Below, piece by piece: positions 36,601 through 52,000 of a stretch of DNA of 64,000 nt. The stretch is from the human T2T-CHM13v2.0 reference genome, Homo sapiens. Made by a program: the position numbers and the translations under genes. Within the stretch, counting starts at the first letter, position 1. Each line of letters begins with the position of its first letter. Location: NCBI RefSeq assembly GCF_009914755.1, contig NC_060939.1. One strand, given 5' to 3'. The notes under the pieces were generated by a model that ran no database searches, was not told the origin of the DNA, and saw only the letters and a list, made by a program, of their open reading frames with translations.

Positions 36601-39600
36601 AATGCCCCTGTAGGCAGAGCCTAGACAAGAGTTACATCACCTGGGTGATCAGTGCAGAGATATGTCACGATGTCCCCTGTAGGCAGAGCCTAGGCAAGAG
36701 TTACATCACCTTTGCCATCAGTTCAGAGATATGTTAAAATGCCCCTTTAGGCAGATCCTAGACAAGACTTGCATCACCTGGGTGATCAGTGCAGAGATTT
36801 TTCACATTGCCCCCTGTAGGCAGAGGGTAGAAAAAAGTAACATCACCTAGGTGATCAGTGCTGAGATATTTCACAATACCCACTGTAGGCAGATCCTAGA
36901 CAAGACTTGGATCACCTGGGTGATCAGTGCAGAGATTTTTCGCATTGCCCCCTGTAGGCAGCGGGTAGAGAAGTGTTAAATGACCTAGGTGATCAGTGCA
37001 GACATTTGTCAAAATTCCCTGTAGGCAGAGCTTATAAAAGTGTTACATCACCTAGGTGATCAGTGCAGAGATATATGTCACAAAGCTCCCTGTGGGCAGA
37101 GCCTAGCCAAGATTTCTCTCTCCAGGAGTGATAAGTGCAGAGATATGTCACAAAGCCCCTGTAGGCAGAGCTTAAATGAGTTACATCACCTGGGTGGTGA
37201 GTGCAAAGTTATGTCACAAAGCCCCCTGTAGGCTAAGCCTAGACAATAGTTACATTACTTGGGGGATGAGTAAAGACATCTCTCACAATTCCCCTGTAGG
37301 CAGAACTTATACAACAGTTACACCACCTGGGTGATCAGTGCAGAGATATGTCACAATGTCCCCATAGGCAGATGCAAGACAAGAGTCCGTCACCTGGGTG
37401 ATCAGTGCAGAAATAAGTCAGAATGCCCCCGTAGGAAGAGCCTAGACAAAAGCCCCATCACCTGGATGATCAGTACAGGGTTCTGTCACAAAGTCCATTT
37501 AGGCAGATCCTAGACAAGAGTTATATCACCTGGGTGATCAGTGCAGAGATATGTCACAATGCCACTGCAGGCAGAGCCTAGACAAGAGTTACATGACCTA
37601 GGTGATCAGTGCAGAGATACATCGCAATGCCCCTTTAGGCAGAGCCTTGACAAATGGTACATCACCTGGATGATCATTGCAGGGATATGTCACAAAGCAG
37701 CCTGTAGGCAGATCCTAGACAATAGTTATATCACCTGGGTGATCAGTGCAGAGATATGTCACAATGCCACTGTAGGCAGAGCCTAGACAAGAGTTATATC
37801 ACATGGGTGATCAGTGTAGTGATATGTCACAATGCCGCGTGGCCAGAGCCTAGGCAAAGGTTACATCACCGGGGAGATCAGTGCAGAGATATGTCACAAT
37901 GCACTCTGTAGGCAAAACCTAGAGAAGAGTTGCATCACCTGGGTGATCAGTGCAGAGATATGTTACAATGCACCCTGTAAGCAATGCCTAGACAAGAGTT
38001 ACATCACCTCGGTGATCACTTCAGAGATATGTCATAACGCCCCTGTAGGCAGAACCTAGAAATAAGTTACATCACCTGGGTGATCAGGGCAGAGATATGT
38101 CACAATGCGCCCTGTAAGGAGAGCCCAGACAAGAGTTGCATCACCTCGGTGATCAGTGAAGAGATATGTCTCAATTAGTCCTGTCGGCAAAGCCCAGAGA
38201 AGAGTTACATCATCTCGGTGATCAGTGCAGAGATATGTCAAAATGCCTCTGTGGGCAGAGCCTAGACAAAATTTACATCACCTGGGTGATCAGTGCAGAG
38301 ACATGTTACAATGTCCATGTAGGTAGAGCCTAGACAATGGTTACATCACCTGGGTGATCATTGCAGAGTGATGTCACAACGCCCTCTGTAGGCAGAGACT
38401 AGACAAGAGTAACCTCACCTGAGAGATCAGTGCAGAGATATGTCACAACGCCCTCTGTAGGCAAAGACTAGAGAAGAGTTACATTACCTGTGTGATCAGT
38501 GCAAATATATGTCACTATGTCCCTGTGGCCAGAGCCTAGACAAGAGTTACATCACCTGGGTGATCAGTGCAGAGATAAGTCACAATGTCTCCAGCAGGCA
38601 GAGCCTAGACAAGAGTTACATCACCTGGGTGATCAGGTCAGAGATATGTCACAATGCCACCCGTAGGCAGATCCCAGACAAGAATTACATCACCTGGGTG
38701 ATCAGTGCAGAGATATCTCACAATACCCCTGTAAGCAGAGCGTAGGCAAGAATTACATCAACTGGGAGATCAGTGCAGAGATATGTCATAAATACTACTG
38801 TAGGCAAAACCTAGACAAGTGTTACATCACCTCAGTGATCAGTGTAGAGATATGTCCCAATGCCCCTGTAGGCAGAGCTTAGACAAGAGTTACATCACCT
38901 GGGTGATCAGTGCAGAGATAAGTCACAATGCTCCCATAGGCAGAGCCCAGACAAGAGTTACATAACCCGGGTGATATGTGCAGAGTGATGTCACAACGCC
39001 ATCCGTAGGCATAGACTAGAAAAGAGTTACATCACCTGGGTGATCCGTGCAGAGATATGTCACAATGTCCCCTGTAGGCAGAACATAGAGAAGAGTTGCA
39101 TCACCCGGGTGATCAGTGCAGAGCTATGTCAAAAAGTCCCCTGTAGGCAAAGCCTAGGCAAGAGTTACATCACCTTTCTCATCAGTTCAGAGATATGTCA
39201 AAACGCCCCTGTAGGCAGAGCCTAGAAAAGAGTTACATCACCTAGTTGATCGGTGCAGAGATATTTCACAATACCCCCTGTAGGCAGATCCTAGACAAGA
39301 GTTGCATCACTTGGGTTATCAGTGCAGAGATAGTTCACAATGCCCCCTGTAGGCAGAGGGTAGACAAGAGTTACATCACCTAGGTGATCAGTGCAGAGAT
39401 TTGTCAAAATTCCCTGTAGGCAGAGCTTATAAGTTTTACATCACCTAGGTGATCAGTGCAGAGATCTCTCACAAAGGCCCCTGTAGGCAGAGCCTAGACA
39501 AGAATTCTCTCCACGGGGTGATCAGTGCAGAGATATGTCACAATGCCACTGTTCGCAGAGCCTAGATAAGAGTTACATGACTTAGGTGATCAGTGCAGAT

Positions 39601-42600
39601 ACATCGCAATGTCCCTGTAGGCAGAGCCTTGACAAGTGGTACATCATCTGGGTGATCATTGCAGGGATATGTCACAAAGCACCCTGTAGGCAGATCCTAG
39701 ACAAGAGTTACATCACCTGGGTGAGCAGTGCAGAGGTATGTCACAAGACTCCTGTAGGCAGAGCCTAGACAAGAGTTATATCACCTGGGTGATAAGTGCA
39801 GTGATATGTCACAATGCCGTGTAGCCAGAGCCCAGACAAATGTTACATCACCAGGGAGATCAGTGCAGAGATATGTCACAATGTCCCCAGTAGGCAGAGC
39901 CCAGAAAAGAGTTGGATCACCTCGGGATCAGTGCAGAGATACGTCTCAATCCCCCTGTGGGAACAGCGTAGACAAGGGTTAAATCACCTTGCTTATCAGG
40001 GCAGAGGTATGTCAAAATGCCACTGTAGGCAGAGCCTACTCAAGTGTTACATCACTTAGGTGACCAGTGCAGAGATATGCCAAAATACCCCCTGTAAGCA
40101 GAGCCTAGACAGGAGTTATATCACCTGGGTGATCAGTGCAGAGATATGTGACAAGGCCCCTTTAAGCAGAGCCTAGACAATGGTTACATCACCTGAGTGA
40201 TCAGTGCAGAGATCTGTCACGGTGCCCCTTTAGGCAGAGCTTACACCAGAGTTACATCACCTGGGTGAGCAGTGCAGAGATATGTCACAATGCCCCCATA
40301 GGCACATCCAAGACAAGAGTCCGTCACCTAGATGATCAGTGCAGAAATATGTGACAATGACCGCTGTAGGCAGAGCCTAGAGAAGAGTCCCATCACCTGG
40401 GTGATCAGTGCTGAGTTATGCCACAATGCCCTCTGTAGGCAGAGCCTAGACAAGATTTACATCACCTGGTGGTTCAGTAAAGAGATATTTCACAATGCCC
40501 CTGCAGGCAGAGCATAAGCAAGAGTTACATCACCTAGATGATCAGTGGAGAGATATGTCACAAGACCCCCTATAGGCAGAGCCTGGACAACAGTTACATC
40601 ACCTCGGTGATCAATGCAGTGATATGTCACTATGCGCCAGTAGGCAGAGCCTAGTCAAGCATTACATCACCTGGGTCATCAGTGCAGAGATATGTCACAA
40701 AGCCCCCATACACAGAGCCTAGACAAGAGTCCCATCACCAGGGTGATCAGTGCAGAAATATGTCACAATGCCCCCTAGGCAGATCCAACACAAGAGTTAA
40801 ATCACCTCGATTATCAGTGTAGAGGTATGTCAAAATGCCCCCGTAGACAGAGCCTAGACAAAAGTCCCATCACATGGCTGATCAGTGCAGAGATATGTCA
40901 CAAAGCCCCTGTAGGTAGAGCCTAGACAAGAGTTACATCATTTGGTTTATCAGTTCAGAGATGTGTCACAATGCCTATGTAGGCAGAGCCTAGACAAGTG
41001 TTTCATCAGCTGGATGAGCAGTGCAGAGATATGTGACAAGGCCCCTTTAAGCAGAGCCTAGACAATAGTTACATCATCTGAATGATCAATGCTGTGATAT
41101 GTCACTATGCCCCAGTAGGCAGAGCCTAGTCAACGGTTTCATCACGTAGTTGATCAGTGCAGAGATATGTCACAAAGCCCCCATACACAGAGCCTGGAAA
41201 AGAGTCCCATCACCTGGGTGATTAGTGCAGAAATATGTCGCAATGCCCCCATAGGCAGATCCAACACAAGAGTTATATCACCTGGGTGGTCAGTGTAGAG
41301 ATATGTCACAATGCCCCCGTAGGCAGAGCCTAGACAAAAGTTCCATCAGCTGGGTGATCAGTGCAGAGATATGTCACAAAACCCCTGTAGGCAGAGGCTA
41401 GACAAGAGTTACATCACTTGGTTGATAAGTTCAGAGATGTGTCACAATGCCCATGTAGGCAGAGCCTTGACAAGTGTTCCATCAGCTGGGTGATCGGTGC
41501 AGAGATATGTCGCAATGCCCCCTATAGGCAGAGCCTAGACAAGAGTTACATCACCTGGGTAATGAATGCAGTGATACATCAAAATGCCCCTGTAGGCAGA
41601 GCCTAGACAAGAATTAAATCATCTAAGTGATCAGTGCAGTGATACCTCACAAAAATCCTTTCAGACAGAGCCTAAACAAGAGTTACATCACCTGGGTGAT
41701 CAGTGCAGATATTTGACACAATGACCCCATAGACAGAGCCTAAACAAGACTTCCATCACCTGGGTGATCAGTGCAGAGGTATGTCACAAATACCCCTGTA
41801 GGCAGAGCCTAGAGAAGAGTTGCATCGCCTGGGTGATCAGTGCAGAGGTATGTCACAATACCCCCGTAGGCGGAGGCTAGACAAGAGTTACATCACCTGG
41901 GTGATCAGTGAAATGAAACATCTAAATGCCTCTGTAGGCAGAGCCTAGATGAGAGTTACATCATCTAGGTGATCAGTGCAGTGATATGTCACAAAAATCC
42001 CTGTAGACAGAGCCTAGACAAGACTTCCATCACCTGGGTTATCAGTGCAGAAATGTCACAAATCCCCCTCTAGGCAGAGTATAGAGAAAAGTCCCATCAC
42101 CTGAGTGATCAGTGCAGAGATATGTCATGAAGACCCCTGTAGGCAGAGTGTAGGGAAGAGTCCCATCACCTGTGTTATCAGTGTAGTGATATATCACAAT
42201 GCCGCTGTAGGCAGAGAGTAGAAAAGAGTTGCATTACCTGGGTGATCAGTATGGAGATATGTAACAATGCCCCCTCAGGGCAAAACCTAGAAAAGAGTTA
42301 TATCGCCTAGTTGATCAGTGCAGAGGTACGTCACAAAACTCCCTGAAAGTACACCCTAAAGAAGAGTTACATCACCTGGGTGATCAGTGCAGTGATATGT
42401 CACAATTCCCCTGTAGGCAGAGCCTAGAAATGGGTTACATCACCTGGGTGATCACTATAGAGATGTGACAAATCCCCCTTTAGGCAAAGCCTAGAAAGGA
42501 GTTGCATCATCTGGGGAATCAGTGCAGAGATATCTCACAATGCACCCATAGGGAGAGCTTAGACAGGGTTCACATCACCTCAGTGATCAGTGCAGAGGTA

Positions 42601-45600
42601 TGTCACAATGCCCCCTTAGGCAGAGCCTAGACATAAGTTACATCACCTTGATGATCAATACAGAGTGATGACACGAAGCACCTTGTAGGCAGAGCCTAGA
42701 GAAGAGTTACGTCACCTGCGTGATCAGTGCAGAGATATGTCACAATGCCACCTGTAATAAGAGCCTAGAGAAGAGTTGCACCACCGGGGTGATCAGTGCA
42801 GAGATATATTACAATGCCCCCTGTAGGCAAAGCCTAGACAAGAGTTACATAACCTCGGTGATCACTTCAGAGATATGGCAAAACGCCCCTGTAGGCAGAG
42901 CCTAGAAAAAGTTACATCACCTACGTGATCAGTGCAGAGATATGTCACAATACCCCCTTTAAGTAGAGCCTAGACAAGAGTTACATCACCTGAGTGATCA
43001 GGGCAGAGATATGTCACAATGCCCCCTGTAGGCAGAGCCCACACAAGAGTTGCATCACCTCCGTGTTCAGTGCAGAGATATGTCTCAATGTCTCCTGTCG
43101 GCAAAGCCCAGAAAAGAATTACATCATCTCGGTCATCAGTGCAGAGATATGTCAAAATGCCCCTGAGGGCAGAGCCTAGAAAAAATTTACATCACCTGGG
43201 TGATCAGTGCAGAGACATGTCACAATGTCCATGTAGGCAGAGCCTAGACAAGAGTTACATCACCTGGGTGATCATTGCAGAGTGATGTCACAATGCCCTC
43301 TGTAGGCAGAGACTAGAGAAGTTACCTCACCTGAGAGATCAGTGCAGAGATATGTCACAACGCCCTCTGTAGGCAAAGACTAGTCAACAGTTACATTACC
43401 TGTGTGATCAGTGCAGATATATGTCACTATGTCCCTGTGGCCAGAGCCTAGACAAGAGTTACATCACCTGGGTGATCAGTGCAGAGATAAGTCACAATGT
43501 CTCCAGCAGGCAGAGCCTAGACAAGAGTTACATCACCTCGGTGATCAGTGCAGAGATATGTCACAATGCCCCCTGTAGGCAGATCCCAGACAAGAGTTGC
43601 ATCACCTCGGTGATCAGTGCAGTGATATGTCTCAATGCCCTCTGTCAGCGAAGCCTGTACAAGTTACATCATCTCGGTGATCAGTGCAGTGATATGTTAA
43701 AATGCCCCTGTAGGCAGAGCCTAACAAGAGTTACATCACCTGGGTGATCAGTGCAGAGATATCTCACAATACCCCCTGTAAGCTGAGCCTAGACAAGAGT
43801 TACATCAACTGGGTGATCAGTGCAGAGATATGTCATAAATCTCACTGTAGGCAAAGCCTTGACAAGTGTTACATCACCTCAGTGATCAGTGCAGAGATAT
43901 GTCCCAATGCCCCTGTAGGCAGAGCTTAGACAAGAGTCACATCTCCTAGTTGATCAGTGCAGAGATACGTCACAGTGCTCCCATAGGCAGAGCCTAGACA
44001 AGACTTACATAACCCTGGTGATCCGTGTAGAATGATGTCACAACGCCCTCTGTAGGCAGAGACTGGAAAAGTTACTTCACCTGGGTGATCAGTGCAGAGA
44101 TATGTCACAATGCCGTTTGTAGGCAGAGCATAGGGAAGAGATGCATCACCTGGGTGATCAGTGCAGAGATATGTCACAATGTCCCCTGTAGGCAAAGCCT
44201 AGGCAAGAGTTACATCACTTTTGTCATCAGTTCAGAGATATGTCAAAACGCCCCTGTAGGCAGAGCCTAGACAAGAGTTACATCACCTAGTTGATCAGTG
44301 CAGAGATATTTCACAATACCCCCTGTAGGCAGAGGGTAGACAAGAGTTACATCACCCAGGTGATCAGTGCAGAGATATTTTACAATACCTCCTGTCGGCA
44401 GATCCTAGACAAGAGTTGCATCACCTGGGTGATCAGGGCAGACATACTTCACAATGCCCCCTGTAGGCAGAGGGTAGATCAGAGTTACATCACCTAGGTG
44501 ATCAGTGCAGAGATATGTCAAAAAGCCCCTTGTAGGCAGAGCCTAGACAAGAATTCTCTCCCCGGGGTGATCAGTGCAGAGATATGTCACAAGGCCCCTG
44601 TAGGCAGAGCTTAGATGAGTTACATCACCTGGGTGATCAGTGCAAAGATATGTCACAAAACCCCCTGTAGACAAAGCCTAGACAATTGTTACATCACTTG
44701 GGTGATCCGTGGAGAGATCTCTCACAATTCCCCTGTAGGCAGAGCTTATATAACAGTTACATCACCTGGGTGATCAGTGCAGAGATATTTCACAGTGCCC
44801 CCAGAGGCAGATGCAAGACAAGAGTCTGTCACCTGGATGATCAGTGCAGAAATACGTCACAATGCCCTCATAGGCAGAGCCTGGACAAAAGCCCCATCAC
44901 ATGGATGATCATTGCAAAGTTATGTGACAAAGCAACCTTTAGTCAGATCCTAGACAAGGGTTACATCACCTGGGTGATCAGTGCAGAGATATGTTACAAT
45001 GCACCCTGTAAGCAATGCCTAGATAAGAGTTACATCACCTCGGTGATCACTTCAGAGATATGTCATAACGCCCCTGTAGGCAGAACCTAGAAATGAGTTA
45101 CATCACCTGGGTGATCAGGGCAGAGATATCACAATGCGCCCTGTAAGGAGAGCCCAGACTAGAGTTGCATCACCTCGGTGATCAGTGTAGAGATATGTCT
45201 CAATTAGTCCTGTCGGCAAAGCCCAGAGAAGAGTTACATCATCTCGGTGATCAGTGCAGAGATATGTCAAAATGCCTCTGTGAGCAGAGCCTAGACAAAA
45301 TTTACATCACCTGGGTGATCAGTGCAGAGACATGTTACAATGTCCATGTAGGTAGAGCCTAGACAATGGTTACATCACCTGGGTGATCATTGCAGAGTGA
45401 TGTCACAACGCCCTCTGTAGGCAGAGACTAGAGAAGAGTTACATTACCTGTGTGATCAGTGCAGATATATGTCACTATGTCCCTGTGGCCAGAGCCTAAA
45501 CAAGAGTTACATCACCTGGGTGATCAGTTCAGAGATATGTCGCATTGCCTCCATAGGCAGATCCAAGACAAGAGTCCGTCACCTGGGTGATCAGTGCAGA

Positions 45601-46063
45601 AATATGTGACAATGCCCCCAATAGGCAGAGCCTAGAGAAGAGTCCCATCACCTGGGTGATCAGTGCAGAGTTATACCACAAAGCCCCCTGTAGGCAGAGC
45701 CTAGACAAGAGTTACATCACCTGGTTGATCAGTGTAGAGATATGTCACAATGCCACTGTAGGCAGAGCCTAGACAAAAGTCCCATCACCTGGGTGATCAG
45801 TGCAGAGATATGTCACAAAGCTCCTGTAGGCAGAGCCTAGACAAGGGTTACATCACTTGGTTGATCAGTTCAGAGATGTGTCACAATGCCCATGTAGGCA
45901 GAGCCTAGGCAAGAGCTACAACATCTGAGTGATCAATGCAGTGATATGTCACTATGCCCCAATAGGCAGAGCATAGACAAGTGTTACATCACTTGGGTGA
46001 TCAGTGCAGAGATAGGTCACAATGCCCCCATACACAGAGACTATAAAATAGTCTCATCACCTG
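30654..46063 (+). repeat. Beta satellite (68-bp Sau3A/BSR) array, ~226 monomers
   Basis: Monomer GATCAGTGCAGAGATATGTCACAATGCCCCTGTAGGCAGAGCCTAGACAAGAGTTACATCACCTGGGT repeated head-to-tail. Confidence 0.97.
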
Positions 46064-49000
46064 CACTACAGCCTGTGTGACAGAGGGAGACCCTGTCGAA
46101 AGAAAGTAGTGGAATGGAAGGGATTGAAATGGAATGGAACGGATTGGAGTAGAGTGGAGTGGAATTGAGTGGAGTGGAGTGGAGTGCAGTGGAATGGAAT
46201 GGTGAAATGAAATGTGAGCTGAGATTGTGCCACTGCACACCAGCCTGGGTGACAGAGTGAGATACAGTCAAAAGAAAGTACTGGAATGGAATGGAGTGGA
46301 ATGGAATGTAATGGAGTTGAGAGCAGTGGAGTGGAGTAGAAAGGAGTGGAATGGAATGGGATGGAATGGAAAGGACAGGAGTGGACTGGAATGGAGTGGA
46401 GTGGAGAGGAATGGATTGGAGTGGAGTGGAGTGGAATTTAATGGAGTAGAATACAATGGAATGGTGAAATGAAATGTGAGCTGAGATTGTGCCACTGCAC
46501 TCCAGGCTTGGTGACAGAGTGAGATACTCTCTAAAGAAAGGAATGGAATTGAATGCAGTGGAATGGAATGGAATGGATTGGAGTGGAGTGGAGTGGAGTG
46601 AAGTGGATTGGAGTACAATCAAGAGGAATGGAAAAAGGTGGAATGGAATGGAATGAAGAGGAGTGGAGAGGGGTGGAGTGGAGTGCAGTGGGATGGAGCG
46701 GAATGGAACGGGATGGAGTGGAATGGAGTGGAGTGGAGTGCATTGGAGTGGAGAGGACTGGAATGGAGTGGAATGGAATCGGATGTAATGGAATGTAGTG
46801 CAGTGGAGGGGAGTGGAGTGGAACAGAGTGGAATGGAACAGAATTGAATGGAATGGAATAGAATGGAAAGGAATGGAATGGAATGGAATGCAATGGAATA
46901 GAATGCAACGCAATGGAAAGATGACATGTAATGTGAGCTGAGATTGTGCCACTGCACTCCAGCCAGGGTGACACAGTGATATCCTGTCAAAGGAAAGGAA
47001 TGGAATGCAATGGAGTGGAGTGGAGTGGAATGGAATGGGATGGAGTGGAATGGAGTGGAGTGGAGTGGAGTGAAATACAATGGAATGGAATGGGATGGAA
47101 TGGAATGCAATGGAATGGTGAAAAGAAATGTCAGCTGAGATTGTGCCACTGCACTCCAGCCTTTGTGACAGAGTGAGATCCTGTGGAAAGAAAGGAATGG
47201 AATGGAATGGAATGGAGTGCAATGGAATGCAGTGGAGTGGAGCAGAGTGGAGTGGAATTGAGTGGAGTGGAATTGCGTGGAGTGGAATTGAGTGGAGTGG
47301 AATTGAGTGGAGTGGAATTGAGTGGAGTGGAGTAGAGTGGAATGGAATGGAGTGGAGTGGAATGGAGTGGCGTGGAGTGGAGTGGAGTAGAGTGGAATGG
47401 AATGGAGTGGAGTGGAATGGAGTGGAGTGGACTGGAGTGGAATGGAGAGGAGTGGAGTGGAAGGGAATGGAATGGAATGCAGTGGAATGGAATGGAATGA
47501 AATGGTGAAAAGAAATGTGTGACACAGGGAGATCCTGTCAAAAGAAAGGAGTGGAATGGAAGGGATTGGAATGGAATGGAATGGATTGGAGTAGAGTGGA
47601 GTGGAATTGAGTGGAGTGGAGTGCAGTGGAATGGAATGGAGTGGAATGGTGAAATGATATGTGAGCTGAGATTGTGCCACTGCACACCAGCCTGAGTGAC
47701 AGAGTGGGATCCTGTCAAAAGAAAGGAATGTAATGGAATGGAGTGGAATGGAATGGATTGGAGTGGAGTGGAGGGAAGTGGAGTGGAAAGGAGTGGAATG
47801 CAATGGGATGGAATGGGAAGGACTGGAATGGACTGGAGTGGAGTGGAGTGGAATGTACTGGAGTGGAGTGGAGTGGAATGTACTGGAGTGGAGTGGAGTG
47901 GAATAGAATGGAATAGAATGGAATTAAATGGGGAAATATAATGTGAGCTGAGATTGTGTCACTACGCTCCAGGCTGGGTGACAGAGTGAGATACTCTTGA
48001 AAGAAAGGAATGGAATGGAATGCAGTGTAATGGAATGGAGTGGACTGCAGAGGAGTGGAGTGGAGTGGAGTGGAATGGAGACGAATGGAATGAGATGGAA
48101 TGGAATGCAATGAAGTGGAGTGGAGTGCAGCCGAATGGAGAGGAATGGAATGGGATGGAGTGGAATGGAGTGGAGTGGAGTGCAGTGGAGTGGAGAGGAG
48201 TGGAATAGAGTGGAATGGAATAGGATGTAATGGAATGTAGAGGAGTGGAGTGGAGTCGGAGTCGGAGTGTGATGGAATGTAATGGAAAGGAATGGAATGC
48301 AATTGAATGCAAAGAAATAGAAAGTTGACATGTAATGTGAGCTGAGATAGTGCCACTGCAGTCCAGCCTGGGTGACACGGAGATATCCTGTGGAAAGGAA
48401 GCTATGGAATGTAATGGAGTGAAATGGTATGGAATGGAATGGAATGGAGTTGATTGGAGTTGAGTGGAGTGGAACAGAGTCGAATGGAATGGGATGGAGT
48501 GGCATGGAATGGAGTGGAGTGGAGTGGAGTGAAATAGAGAGGAATGGAATGGGATGGAATGGAATGCAATGCAATGGAATGGTGAAAAGAGATGTGAGCT
48601 GAGATTGTGCCACTGCACTCCAGCCTCTGTGACAGAGTGAGATCCTTTGGAAAGAAAGGAACGGAATGGTATGGAATGGAGTGGAGTAGAGTGGAGTGGA
48701 ATGGAATTGAATGGAGTGGAGTGGAATGGAATGGAATGGAACGCAATGGAAAGCAATGGAATGCAATGGAATAGAATGCAGTGAAAAGGAAAGTTGACAT
48801 GTAATGTGAGCAGAGATTGTGCCACTGCACTCCAGCCTGGTGACACAGTGATATCCTGTCAAAAGAAAGGAATGGAATGCAATGGAATGGAGTGGAGTGG
48901 AGTGGAGTGGAATGCAATGGAATGGAGTGGAGTGGAATGGAATGGAGTGGAATGGAATGGTATGGAATGGAGTGGAGTGGAATGGAATGGAGAGGAATGG

Positions 49001-52000
49001 AGTGGAGTGGAGTGGAATGCAATCGAATGGAATGTAATGGAAGGGAATGGAATGGAAGGGAATGGAATGGAAGGGAATGGAATGAAATGGAATGGAGTGG
49101 AGTGGAGAGGAGTGGAATGGAATGGAGTGGAATGGAATGGAATAGAGTGGAATGGAGTGGAAAAGAGTAGAATGGAATGTGGTGGAATGAAATGGAGTGG
49201 AGTGGACTGGAGTAGAGTGGAATGGAATGCAGTGGAATGGAATGGAGTGTAATGGAATGGAATGGAATGGAACGGAATGGAATGGAATGAAATGGTGAAA
49301 AGAAATGTGTGCTGAGATTGTGTCACTGCACTAAACCTGTGTGACAGAGGGAGATCCTGTCGAAAGAAAGGAATGAAATGGAAGGGATTGGAATGGAATG
49401 GATTGGAGTGGAGTGGAGTCGAATTGAGTGGAGTGGAGTGCTGTGGAATAGAATGGAATGGAATGGTGAAGTGAAATGTGAGATGAGACTGTACCACTGC
49501 ACACCAGCCTGGGTGACAGAGTGAGATCCTGTCAAAAGAAAGGAATGGAATGGAGTGGAGTGGAGTGGAAAGTAGTGGAATGGAATGGGATGGAATGGAA
49601 AGGAGTGGAGTGGACTGGAATGGAGTGGAGTGGAATGGAGTGGAATGGATTGGAGTGGAGTGGAGTGGGATGGAATGGAATGGAATGGTGAAATGAAATG
49701 TGAGCTGAGATTGTGCCACTGCGCTCCAGGCTGGGTGACAGAGTGAGATACTTTCAAAAGAAAGGAATAGAATGGAATGCAGTGGAATGGAATGGCATGG
49801 AATGGAGTGGAGTGGGGTGAAGTGGAGTGGACTGGAATGGAGAGGAATGGAATAGGATGGAATGGAATGGAATGAAGTGGAGATGAGTGGGGTGGAGTGG
49901 ATTGCAGTGGAATGGAGCAGAATGGGATGGAGTGGAATGGAGTGGAGTGCAGTGGAGAGGAGAGGAGTGGAATGGAGTGGAATGGAATCGGATGTAAAGG
50001 AATTTAGTGGAGTGGAGTGGAGTGGAACGGAGTGGTATGGAATGGAATTGAATGGAATGGAATGGTGAAATGAAATGTGATCTAAGATTGTGCCACTGAA
50101 CTCCAGTCTGGTTGATAGAGTGAGATCCAGTAGAAATAAAGGAATGGAATGGAATGGTGTGGAGTGGAGTGGAGTGGAATGGAGTAGAGTGGAATGGAGT
50201 GGAGTGGAATGGAATGGCATGGAGTGGAGTGGAATGGAATGGAGTGGAGTGGAATGGAGTGGAGTGGAATGGAATGGAAAGGAGTGGAGTGGAATGGAAT
50301 GGCATGGAATGGAGTGGAGTGGAGAGAAGTAGAGTGGAATGGAATGGAGTGGAGTGCAGTGGAGTGGAATGGAGTGGAGTCGAATGGAATGGGATGGAGT
50401 GGAATGGAATGGAGTGGAGTGGAGTGAAATAGAGTGGAATAGAATGGGATGGAATGGAATGCAATGGAATGGTGAAAAGAAATGTGAGCTGAGATTGTGA
50501 TACTGCACTCCAGCCTTTGTGACAGAGTGAGATCCTGTGGAAAGAAAGGAATGGAATGGAATGGAGTGGAATGGAATGCAATGGAGGGGAGGGGAGTGGA
50601 ATGGAGTGGAGTGGAGGGGAGTGGAATTGAGTTGAGTGGAGTGGAATAGAGTGGAATGGAATGGAGTGGAGTGGACTGGCATGGAGTGGAATGGAGTGGA
50701 GTGGATTGGAGTGGAATGGAGAGGAGTGGAGTAGAGTGGAATGGAATGGAGTGGAGTGGAATGGAGTGGCATGGAGTGGAATGGAGTGGAGTGGAGTGGA
50801 ATGGAGAGGAGTGGAGTGGAGTGGAAGGGAATGGAATGGAATAGAGTGGAATGGAATGGAATGAAATGGTGAAAAGAAATGTGTGCTGAGATTGTGCCAC
50901 TGTGCTACAGCCTGTGTGACACAGGGAGATCCTTTTGAAGGAAAGGAGTGGAATGTAAGGGATTGGAATGGAATGGAATGGAATGGAATGGATTGGAGTG
51001 GAGTGGAGTGGAATGGAATTGAGTGGAGTGGAGTGCAGTGGAATGGAATGGAATGGAGTGGAATGGTGAAATGAAATGTGAGCTGAGATTGTGCCACTGC
51101 ACACCAGCCTGGGTGACAGAGTGAGACCCTGTCAAAACAAAGGAATGGAATGGAGTGGAATGGAATGGAGTGGAGTGGAAAGGAGTGGAATGGAAAGGAG
51201 TGGAATGGAAAGGAGTGGAATGGAATGGACTGGAATGGAGTGGAGTGGAATGGAATGGAATGGAATAGAATGGAATGGAATGGTGAAATGAAATGTGTGC
51301 TGAGATTGTGCCACTACACTCCAGGCTGGGTGACAGAGTGAGATACTCTCGAAAGAAAGGAATGGAATGGAATGGAATGCAGTGTAATGTAATGTAATGG
51401 AATAGAATGGAATGGAGTGAACTGGAGAGGAGTGGAGTGAAGAGGAGTGGAGTGGAATGGAGAGGAATGGAATCGAATGAAGTGGAGTGGAGTGGAGTGC
51501 AGTGGAATGGAGCGGAATGGAATGGGATGGAGTGGAATGGAGTGGAGTACAGTGGAGTGGAGAGGAGTGGAATGGAGTGGAATGGAATCGGATGTAATGG
51601 AATGTAGAGGAATGGAGTGGAGTGGAGTGGAGCCGAACGGAGTGGAATGGAATGGAAAGGAATGGAATGGAATGGAATGCAATGGAAAGGAATGGAATGC
51701 AATTGAATGTAATGGAATAGAATGCAATGCAATGGAAAGTTGACATGTAATATGAGCTGAGATAGTGCCACTGCACTCCAGCCTGGGTGACACCTTGATA
51801 TACTGTGGAAAGGAAGCTATGGAATGCAATGGAGTGAAATGGTATGGAATGGAATGGAATGGAGTTGAGTGGAGTGGAGTTTAGTGGAATGGAGTCGACT
51901 GGAGCGGAATGGAGTGGAATGGAGTGGAGTGGAGTGAAATAGAGAGGAATGGAATGGGATGGAATGGAATGCAATGGAATGGTGAAAAGAAATGTGAGCT

